A stretch of 64,000 nucleotides of DNA from Anthoceros angustus (Eukaryota > Plantae > Anthocerotophyta): the NCBI GenBank assembly GCA_010909165.1, contig MU008159.1, positions 1,736,001 to 1,800,000 of the forward strand, given 5' to 3'. Of this stretch, positions 50,519-60,728 are shown piece after piece. A program made the translations under genes and the position numbers. The notes under the pieces were generated by a model. The model did not search any database, had not been told where the DNA came from, and saw only the letters and a program-made list of their open reading frames with translations. The stretch's first letter is position 1, and each line of letters begins with the position of its first letter.

Positions 50519-53500
50519 AACACGATAATTTTGAAGGGGTGAATAATCAAGGGGTTTTGATGGGCCCTAAAATGCTTTTGAAGGCATTCGGAAAACAGCT
50601 CAAAAAAGGGTGTCACCCAGTTACTACTTTCCATCCAAAGAATGTTTGTGTCGAATGGTGGTCGCAACTCGAACCTAGGGAATGATGCAAAGTAGGAACG
50701 GTGAGGAAGGCCGCTCGCCGGCAAGACGATCAGAACTCGCTTTTGGGATGGAAATGTGGTTTTGTTATGACACCACAAAAGACATGGTATTTCCTAACAC
50801 GAAACATCAAGAACCGGACTTACAACATTAACTCGGGACCCCGAAAACGAGATTTCGCCACTCATCCCCGTAGTTCAATCCATCGTCATCACTTGGTCCA
50901 GGTCCTTCTCCTCCATTGTCATCACTATCTTCAGACACTTTCACTCGCAGTTGTATGAAGCCACGCAACTCGCAGAGCTTATCCCTTATCGCTTTTTGTC
51001 CACCGTGACATGATGTTTCCGCGCTCAACACGATAATTTTGAAGGGGTGAATAATCAAGGGGTTTTGATGGGCCCTAAAGCAGCGTTTTGAAGGCATTAT
51101 GGAAAAAATTCAAAAAAGGGTGTCACCAAGAAAGTTACTACTTTCCATCCAAAGAATGTTTGTGTCGAATGGTGGTCGCAACTCGAACCTAGGGAATGAT
51201 GCAAAGTAGGAACGGTGAGGAAGGCCGCTCACGCAGGACGATCAGAACTCGCTTTGGGAAATGTGGTTTTGTTATGACACCACAAAAGCCACTTGGTATT
51301 TCCTAACACGTAAACATCAACCTGGACTTACAACATTAACTCGGGACCCCGGAAAACGAGATTTCGCCACTCATCCCCGTAGTTCAATCCATCGTCATCA
51401 CTTGGTCCAAATTTTCCTCCATTGTCATCACTATCTTCAGACACTTTCACTCGCAGTTGTATGAAGCCACGCAACTCGCAGAGCTTATCCCTTATCGCTT
51501 TTTGTCCACCACAGATATGTATGCTCAACATAAAACCCATAATACAGATGACTGCTTCATCTACAAATACCTCTGTATGTTTTTAGGTAATGGATCTTAT
51601 TCCCTTTTTCCTCAAGATTGGACCGATGGGTTACCACTCTGGCGGACTATGTGTTCCCGCATATCTCCTTCATACGCATCTATGTGCTCGGTCCGATACT
51701 AGTGGATAAGAAAGTGAGGTCGTGGTGCGTTTAGCTTCACGCCAATGACCTCCCAATCCGAATGGCACATTATGCATGTCCGTATTGCACGGCACGTAAA
51801 CATCCCTCTCGGTTCCGTTATGTCCCCATTCATCCGCCATTTCCGCAGCTTGCCTTCCCGCATTTTGATATGCCCCAAATACATATCACGTGGAGGTCCC
51901 TCAATAATGCCTCATCTAGCAAAGCTTCATCCGCACTTGAAGTGGTCAGTCAGTATGATCCACTTCGCACGTGAAAACCACTTCCAAGGACGTAGCACTA
52001 GCCCAATGTTATTCTCCACAACGATAGCAATCTCCTTCCGTCCAACAAAGCTTCCCACCACTTATACTCTTCAACAACACCTATGGACGCAAATCTTTTA
52101 ACCCTTCCCCGCAAATGGGCCACACCTTCCATCGGTGATAGGATACCGCTGCCCTTCTTGTCCCCCTAGCTTCACCCAGATGCACCGTAGGATGGGCAGG
52201 AGGGCGCCGGCCGGCCCTCCCCCAAGATGCCTCGCTCGCGGCCGGCCGGCCGCCTCCCCTAGCACACTGCCCATGGCGCCGCCGGCGCCTCCCCTAGCAC
52301 ACCATGAGCCGGCCGGCCGCCCCCAGCACACGCCCATGGCGCCGGCCGGCCGCCTCCCCTAGCACACCGCCCATGGGCCGGCCGCCGCCTCCCCTAGCAC
52401 ACCGCCCATGGGCGCCGGCCGCCGCCGCCTCCCCTAGCACACTGCCCATGGGCCGGCCGCCGCCCCCAACACGCCTGCCGGCCGGCCGCCCCCAACACAT
52501 GCCTTGCCCATGGGCGCCGGCCGGCCGCCCCTAGCACACCGCCCATGGGCCGGCCGCCCTCCCTCCTAGGCTGTCTTCCAGAAAATAAATATTTAGCACC
52601 TCAAGATGGATTGTTGGTCTAGTGTTTGGGAAACAAGTGTAATAATGAATAGGTTTCGTGTTCAAACCTCGTGCCTCCACAATAGTTCAATTTTGTTGAT
52701 TTTAAGGATGCTTGCATGGGCGCATGGGCAACTAACTTTGTTCATTTTAAGGACGTTGGCATTGCCTTAAAGCCCAAGTGGTTGCATTGAGTGCCGAAGG
52801 TTGAAGACCACGACCGCGACCTTTTGGATGAGGGTCAGACCCTAGATCTTTGTGTGGCGACACCGCGGACCCAAGAATGATACTATTGAAGACGAGCAAG
52901 CAATGGAGGAGAACGACAACTTCGAGGCGAGGATATGGACCGCCTCGAATATGGCGGTGGTACTTGACTGCCAAGAAGGCATGGATGAGTCGCCAGCCGC
53001 ACTCTTGAATGGCTATTGTCGATGCCGATGACCACTTCCTCCTTCAGCTTGTTGCAATGTTCTCACGACCACTTAAATGAGACTCCGCTAGTACAGATTG
53101 TTTTCATTGTGTTCCACCACTTGAAAGTAAAAGTTTTCGGTTGTAATAAACATATGAAAATGGCAGCCTCTATGCATTCTACTAAACGAACGGGCCCACA
53201 CCCTCATGCTCCAGCCTCGGTGTAGACTTGAAAGTGCATCTTTATCAAAGATATGACCTCGTAAAGGGTGTGTGCATTATCAAAGTAGGGCACATATGTC
53301 GCTCTAGGTAAGGTGTTCTTCGTGACAAGGTCTTACCAAGGGGGCCGTGATATCCCCTTCAAAATTATCGTGTTCTCCATGGGTGTCACCTCATTCAAAG
53401 CACGATAGTCTCCACATCCTTCTCGTTCCATTCGCCATTCTCGCTAACGAATACTGCCGCAGATATTGAGGTAGACTTCGATTAGTCCACCCGCCTCCTT

Positions 53501-54462
53501 GCATCTCCTATCCACAATGTCCCACTCCATGGGACTCTTCGGCCCCAACATCGGTTCATTGGTGGTAGTGGTGATCTTGAACTTGATACGATCATACCGC
53601 CTCACCACCTCAAATTTAAACGCGAAGGTGTGCCGGTTACCGCAGATATCCCGAATCTTCGTTGATCGGCTTCTTCTAACTCTTCGCATCGCCACTCATG
53701 TGTTGAGTTTACTGCCTGCTTCTCTTGTGTCGTCACGGTCCACTGCGATGTTCGCCGTATGACCTCCTTTGTGCGTCAGATTGGAAACTCGCCTTCTTCA
53801 AGCACGATAGATGCATATCACCCGCCTTGCACATATCTATTTGTGTGGCGGACCCACGCTCAAGCCATTGCAGGTGGATCAAGCGCTTGACCCAAAGAAC
53901 TTGCATCGATATGTTTGAAATGCCCGCGTGATGGTCCCGTCCGTGATCAAACCCCATGGCCCTTTCGGCTCCATCACCGTGGGCTCACCTACCTCATTTC
54001 CGAGATCCACCACGGTGCCCCCGCCTCGAATATGGCGGTGGTACTTGACTCGGTTCGGCGCAAGGCATGGATGAGTCGCCGGGCACTCTTGAATGGCTAT
54101 TGATCATGACCACTTCCTCCTTGATTGTTTGTTGCAATGTTCTCACGACCACTTAAATGAGACTCCTAATGCAGAGTTGTTTCATTGTGTTCCACCACTT
54201 GAAAGTAAAAGTTTTCGGTTGTAATAAACATATGAAAATGGCAGCCCTCTATGCATTCTACTAAAGCATAAGCGGGCCCACACCCTCATGCTCCGGTTCT
54301 CGGTGTAGACTTGAAAGTGCATCTTTTATCAAAGATATGACCTCGGAAAGGGTGTGTGCATTATCAAAGTAGGGCACATATCTTTTGTTCTAGGTAAGGT
54401 GTTCTTCGTGACAAGGGGTGTTGTCTCGGCGAAGTCAGTTATCCCTTCAAAATTATCGTGTT
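50519..54462. mobile_element. TIR DNA transposon copy 2 (AACACGATAATTTTGAAGGG...CCCTTCAAAATTATCGTGTT) with 4-bp TSD CTCC, inserted in RT
   Basis: CTCC at 50515-50518 and 54463-54466. Removal restores RT ...VTPME-RYPMP. Both ends also appear re-copied (~51027 and ~53374). Confidence 0.85.
52230..52560. repeat. GC-rich minisatellite, unit ~38 bp (GCCGGCCGCCGCCTCCCCTAGCACACCGCCCATGGGC); related tract at 29860-30260
   Basis: Multiple imperfect units visible directly. Confidence 0.85.
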
Positions 54463-54469
54463 CTCCATG

Positions 54470-54790
54470 GGTGTCACCTCATTCAAAGCGATAGTCTCCA
54501 CATCACATCCGTCGTTCCATTCGCCATTCTCGTCCTTTTTAACACGATTGCCTTGCATAGACTTTACAGTTAGTCCATTCTTTGACTCCTTGCATCTCCT
54601 ATCCACAATGTCCCCTCCATGGGACTCGGCACATGCCTTCGTCTGAATCTTGGTTCATTGGTGGTAGTGGTGATCTTGAACTTGATACGATCATACCGCG
54701 GCTCGGCCCCTAAAGCGAAGGTGTGCGGTTCGGCACTGCATATCCGAATCTTGATCGTTGATCGGCTTCTTCTAACTCTTATATCCGCCA
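54470..54790 (-). CDS. Pre-RT linker and RT N-terminus
   Basis: RYDRIKFKITTTTNEP...SPMEWDIVDRRCKE (clearer in the duplicate at 53444-53695), then a degenerate KDENGE...CGDYR.LNEVTPME. Confidence 0.8.
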
Positions 54791-54939
54791 CTCATGTGTT
54801 GAGTTCTGCTGTCTGTTCTCTTGTCGTCCACGGTCCACTGCGATGTTGTGCGTATGACCTCCTTTGTGTATTTGTATATCGCCTTCTTCAAGCGATAGAT
54901 GCATATCACCTCCCGCCTTGCACATATCTATTTGTGTGG

Positions 54940-55860
54940 CCAGACCCACGTTCAACAGCCATTGCAGGCAGGTCAGATCAAACGCTTGACCCAGCAACTT
55001 GCATCGATATGTTTCAGAAATGCCCGTGATGGTCCCGTCCGCATCAAACCCCATGGCCCTTTCGCGCTCCATCACTGTGGGCTCACCTACCTCATTTCCA
55101 GCGAGATCCACCACGGTGCCGTCCCCGCCTCTCCGAAGGCATAAGATTGGGCGCCCCTACAGTGTGGGCCAGCCCTTCGGCTTCCCAACCTTATTTACGG
55201 AAATCGTGGAGGTTTGTCCATCTGACGCCGTGGAGCGCCCGCCTCTTCTAAGATGTCATCCACATATCGCTTTCTAGTTTGGTCAACTCACGGTGTTGCT
55301 CGAGAACCTCTACACCGGTCACGTTGTCCAAAACTTCGCACCGGTGGGCGTATGAGCCCGCTTATGCGCAAAGATCAATAATGAATTCCTCTCCTATCCA
55401 ACTTCTGAGCTGCTTGTAGCCCCTCCTCACATGTTCACGTTTATCGAATGCTCCGCACACATTCTCCAGCACGTACCAGCAAGTGGGATTGATTGATCAA
55501 CTTCCTTCTCCCGACATTGTGCCACTTCCACACCGTCACCCTTTCCACAACCGGCCCTGGAAAATGTCCTGCATTCCCATCCTGTAAGCAGCATATCGAC
55601 CGGGCACTGATCGCTTCCACCGCTGCTTCCTACCAATCGGCGTCGTGGGGTAACTGCTCGACATCCCTTCACCGCCTCCATGCTTAGTAATCCGGATACG
55701 CCTTTGCATCCCCGAGCATCCGGATTTGGCCACTGCACGCGTGCCTTCTCGCCCACTTCAACACACGTGTATTTCCTCACCGTATTCCACTCTTCAATAC
55801 CGCTCAAGCCCGCCATCGATCCTCGAACACGCCCATGAGGTGTATACTCCACGTTGCCAC
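54940..55860 (-). CDS. Cytosine-5 DNA methyltransferase catalytic domain, frameshifted
   Basis: Motifs in canonical order: I-like (HLMGVF..SMAGL..VLKSGI..RKY, ~55770-55850); IV (VDMLLTGWEC, Cys codon 55571-55573); VI (YVLENV, ENV at 55458-55466); VIII (GSYAHR..FWT, ~55327-55358); IX-X (EPTVMERERAMGF...RCKLLGQAFDLTCLQWL, ORF 54779-55114). Confidence 0.88.
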
Positions 55861-56329
55861 CGAATCACATCCGTATTGATCCTTAAAGCGGCGCTGTCTA
55901 AGGCTCCCAACCTGGGCAAACATTTTTCCGGACACACATCGGTGGCCTGCCACACCTTAGCCTGGCTTTGTCGGGTGAGCTCCGGGCCAAAGCTTTCGAC
56001 AGCAAGGGGGTTTTTTTTACATACATACACCCACTGCTTTGACGCTCCTCCTGCTCCTCTTCCCGCACGAGTTCCTGAGTTTCTTCCCACACCACTTGCC
56101 TGTGCACAATGTCAGCCGTACAGGCCGTGAATGCAATCATGCTATTTGATCTCTCAGCATGTCGCCTCATATCAAGCGGGATCCTGGCCACTTGTGTGAA
56201 GTCCCCATCCCGCCACCGCGGCCTATAAAACGCTTCTGAGTAAGTGCATTTCATTGTGGGCCGTGCGTGGCATCAGCCCCAAGTAGCACATCGTAATTCC
56301 TTGCGTTAGACACCAAGCAATGAACTTCG

Positions 56330-57900
56330 ATGATAGAGGCATCTTTTGTGCCTGGCTTGAACTCTATGCGTACTGGCTCACGAGTCATTCCCATCACCGC
56401 CTTGGTTCCCGCAGATGTGGTAATGTGCACTTCACATGGCTTAAGCTTATCCTCAGATAGCTGGAGAGCCTTCTATACCCGTGCCCGAGCAACACGGGTC
56501 CGCGTATCCACCAACACATGTTCGAGCAAAGCCGTTGACCGTTACCTCCGACCTTGATTATTGACCATGGCAATGCCTCCTTTGCCCCGGTGCCGGCTTG
56601 TGTGATCCCCACGAGGCCGACGATCCGGACACTGGTCGCGTCCTGCGAGACTCCTTTGTATCCAGCCTTCATGGCTCGCTTAAACGGCTTGACTCCCGTG
56701 ATCACGCAAGCTCATCACGGGCACATCCATCACCTTCTCGAGCATAAGTTCAAGATCGGGTGATTTCTCTGTATCTCCTCCGGTCTTCTTCATACGCCTA
56801 AAGGATTTGGGCATCTTGAGTGATTCCTTTCCTCACCCTTCTTTCTTCGCACCGCTCCACCCAGTCGACGCTAGTCCGTTCATCCTCAAAGCGACTTGTG
56901 GCCATTAGCGCATACACCGATCCGAATCATAATCCTGATAATCCGGATTTGGCCACCGCACTTCTCGCCCACTTCAACACACGTGTATTTCCTCACCGTA
57001 TTCCACTCTTCAATACCGCTCAAGCCCGCCATCGATCCTCGAACACGCCCATGAGGTGTATACTCGTCCGTTGCCACCGAATCACATCCAGATTGATCCT
57101 TAAAGCGCCGTCTAAGGCTCCCAACTGGCAAACATTTTTCCGGACACACATCGGTGGCTGCCACACCTTAGCCTGGCTTTGTCGGGTGAGCTCCCGGGCC
57201 AAAGCTTTCGACAGCAAGGGGGTTTTTTTCACATACATACACCCACTGCTTTGACGCTCCTCCTGCTCCTCTTCCCACACAAGTTCCTGAGTTTCTTCCC
57301 ACACCACTTGCCTGTGCACAATGTCAGCCGTACAGGCCGTGAATGCAATCATGCTATTTCGATCTCTCAAAGATGTCGCCTCATATCAAGCGGGATCGCC
57401 ACTTGTGTGAAGTCCCCATCCCGCCACCGCGCCTATAAACGCTCGAGTGCAACGGGTCTACCCCATTGTCAGCCGCATGTGGCATCGCCCCCAAGTAGCA
57501 CATCGTAATTCCTTGCGTTAGACACCAAGCAATGAACTTCATGGGAGGCATCTTTGTGCCCGGCTTGAACTCTATGCGCATCGGCTCACGAGTCATTCCC
57601 ATCACCGCCTTGGTTCCTGCGGATGTGGTAATGTGCACTTCACATGGCTTAAGCTTATCCCCGTATAGTGGAGAGCCTTCTATACCCGTGCCCGAGCAAC
57701 ACCGGGTCCGTATCCACCAACACATGTTCTCGAGCAAAGCCGCTGACCGTTACCTCCGACCTTGATTATTGACCATGGCAATGCCCCTTTCGTGCTGGCC
57801 GGGGTGTGATCCCCACGAGGCCGACGATCCGGACACTGGTCGCACCCAGACTTTTGTATCCAGGCCTTCATGGCTCGCTTAAACGGTTAAGGCTCTTGAC
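56330..57900 (-). CDS. Aspartic protease and linker, present as two tandem copies
   Basis: Frameshifted VLVDT(G)..PVLLG followed by KLKPCEVHITTSAGTKAVMGMTREP (ORF 57381-57737; copy at ~56330-56530). Confidence 0.7.
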
Positions 57901-58249
57901 TCCCGGATCACGCAAGCTCATCACGCACATCCATCACCTTCTCGAGCATAAGTTCAAGATCGGGTGATTTCTCTTCGACGTCCGCTCCTCCCGATCTTCT
58001 TCATCGCCTAAAGGATTTGGGCATCTTGAGTGATTCCTTTCCTCACCCTTCTTTCTTCGCACCGCTCCACCCAGTCGACGCTAGTCCGCTCATCCTCGAC
58101 TTGCGGCCATTAGCGCATACACCTCGGATCCGAATCATAATCCTCGTGATAGCAACCGAGCTCTGCTTACACTCATGGCTAGCTTTTCTTGCACTGCACC
58201 TCATCGAGCGCTTTCGGGTGTACCTCCGTTGATTTTGCCTTGGCGACAT

Positions 58250-59550
58250 CCGCTCCACAACCCCTTTGGCTTAAATTCGTGATGAGCTCGCCAACATGCC
58301 GCCCAGATGTCCGGTTTTGGCACACGCTCGCATTGCTCCTTCTCCTTCGCCCCCAACCCGATACTCACACTCAAGGCCTTGTGCCCCTCGCAGAAGACAT
58401 TTCACCGTGGCTTTGTTGGTGGCGGGCCGCGTGTCCTTGGGGAATTCGCGTGTTCACTGAGTGTGCTCAGCTGCGTGGTTCTTCCTTGAAACCTTGGGTT
58501 GTTCATGGCATGCGTCCCTCCTCACCGCATTGTGCTCCTCCCAGTAAGCACTTGTCACCGCGTCGCCCTTCATGACCCGTTCGGCCATCTCATAGGCTTG
58601 TTCTAGCTCGTAGTCGGCACCATGCATCATGTGCAGGAAATTGGCAATCACTCTTCTTTGTCTTCCCGGAAGGGCAGCTGTGTAGATCTGGGCGGCTTCT
58701 CGCATCGTCTTCACACGCGTGTCTTTCACCAGTTGCCTCAGCCTCAAATAGGCGGATCTGAGAGGTTCGTTGGGCTTGATGGTGAACTCGAGCCTCGAAT
58801 CTTCTCTATAGAGGCTACCGGAACATTTCACAATTTGGAGAACATTTCGCCACTGTACGTGATGGCATCGCCAGTGGAACCGGACGACTCCTCCATCCGC
58901 TTTCAACATCTTCTTGGCCATTCTTGCCACGGCGAGCCACGATCCCGCAAGATCGATCCTTGCAACACGGTAGCAAGTCGGCCTCTCCGCAAGAAACGTG
59001 CTCATCTTCCTTAGTGCCATTTCGGGCGTGAATTGGACTTGTACTTGAGCACCATCTCATCGATTGCCCACGAACTTTTCCTCAAAATCACCAATGACAT
59101 GCCATGTCCGCCGGAACACATCATTTTTACTAGGCGCTATCTCGTATTCCATTCCGACTCCACTACCACTCTCTTCAAATGCTATGGATCGGATGGGACT
59201 ATACACCCTCTCAATCTGACCACTTGGCTTATGGACTGAGGGATATTGTGTGACAGGACTGCGAGCTTCCTGAGTAGGAGTAAACTCGTTTGTCCACCCA
59301 GACCGCAGAAACACCATTACCTTACCAATCCCTTCCTCTGCGAGAAACTATGTATGGCATGTCATCAAAGTTAGTGTTGGCTCCCCCTTCCGTCCAATCA
59401 GCCAACCATGACAGTTTGTCAATCACTTCATCCCACAACCTCTGCCACAAATATGCGGGTTCTAGTTCTGCTAGGGCTAAATGCGTAATGGACCGACCCG
59501 CATAAAACAACACCGAGTAGTCTACAAAGACCTCATCACAGCTCACCATG
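58250..59550 (-). CDS. Gag, frameshifted
   Basis: ORF 58454-59020 (EFTIKPNEPLRSAYLRLRQLV...AAQIYTAALP...YELEQAYEMAERV) is a Retrotrans_gag-like helical region. Degenerate knuckle near 58350-58420. Position between the 5' LTR and the protease. Confidence 0.7.
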
Positions 59551-59667
59551 GACTTATCTCAGATGCTCCACCGTCCTTCCGTGATGTCCTTGAGTTCCCT
59601 TCAAGACACCGCTGTCAAGCACCTTTGTCAGACGCCGCCAGATCCAAATTTCTCAAGGGATTGGCGT

Positions 59668-60174
59668 GCAAAATTTCATTTCAGCTTGATGTAGGATCCA
59701 ACTCGCTCATCCACACTTCCCAAGAGCCGTCATGTCCAAGGAAACTTCGTTATGCTACGTTGGGATCCGTATGGTCGCCTCCTAGAACAAACATCGCAAT
59801 CCGCCCCGCTGCTCGCTTGCTATCTTATATCGCCTAAGTGCTTGGCGCCTTCTCTCGCCAATCACAGCCTCGCGCGCCGACACCCTCCCCGAAAGACGGG
59901 CGATGCCTCAGAACGCGGCTCAATAATTACGCAATTACGGTGATCACGATTTTGACACCGCCACCCACACGCGATTTGTGGCCATCCTCGAACTCACAGA
60001 TGCATGCCCACCATGCATGCACATGCATGCACATCCAGATGCATGTTCAGCATTGCATGCACATCCAGCATGCATGCCCACCATGCATGCATATCCATGT
60101 TTTACATACATACCACATTCATGCACATGCATGCACCCACATACCCCTTTACCGAACACAACACCAGGGTGTCA
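59668..60174 (-). repeat. 5' LTR (homologous span) with a CATGCA array
   Basis: Matches 44884-45356. On the minus strand it starts TGACAC. Confidence 0.8.
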
Positions 60175-60569
60175 TGACAACTACCTTTATGCTTATTCCC
60201 TCTTTATTCAATCCATGAAAGCAGTAATCCCTATGTGCTACATGCTAAAAAGTCACCTAAATGATGCACATGCAAGCTTCTTGCACGGCTTTGAATTTGC
60301 AGTCCGTCATCCGCCACCGGCATGTATATGCCACCGTATTATACAAAGGAGGTCAAGTGAATCTTCCCGTGTGCTCGGCATCAACCCGATCGGATGGCGG
60401 ATCGTCCCTTCTTCGGCGGAACTCGCCCGCCTACTTATATATAATAAACTCCGACTTCATCAAAGGAACCAAGGCAAACCAAGTCACCAGAGCGAAACCG
60501 CACACAGGAAGAACATGTTCACCTTGTCTCGCACAACAAGATGGAAGGCGAAAGTTTTTCACCTGATCC

Positions 60570-60728
60570 GTCCATCGCGGACAATAACACCGCCAAGCTC
60601 TTTGCGTGCCTGTTTGTCATCTTTGGTGTTGCCTTCTTGGACACCCTTTTGAGCGACCTCGTGACCTTTGTGTTGAATAAGCAAGAGACTCTTTTGCTGA
60701 GTGCTGTGGAGGGGGGGCACCATGAGAC
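60570..60728 (+). pseudogene. Fragment of a two-pore K+ channel (TPK family), interrupted by a Copia LTR
   Basis: TAKLFACLFVIFGVAFLDTLLSDLVTFVLNKQETLLLSAVEGGHHE resembles the helix after pore 1 in plant TPKs. The GYGD filter is absent. Confidence 0.7.

Larger units (their letters stand above)
44740..60174 (-). mobile_element. Ty3/Gypsy LTR retrotransposon encoding a C5 DNA methyltransferase and a PHD finger (gag-PR-DNMT-RT-RH-INT-PHD-extra ORF); RT is split by a TIR insertion
   Basis: LTR-like direct repeats at 44884-45356 and 59668-60174, both ending TGTCA. The domains are listed separately, are all on the minus strand and are in colinear order. Confidence 0.9.

Noticed and set aside
56820-57370. 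Second DNMT motif I suggesting two methyltransferases in one element
   Set aside because: It is part of the 55740/56950 tandem re-copy and is not followed by motifs IV-X.
59978-60652. His/Met/Cys-rich ORFs (also 45129-45518)
   Set aside because: These are translations of the CATGCA array in the LTRs.
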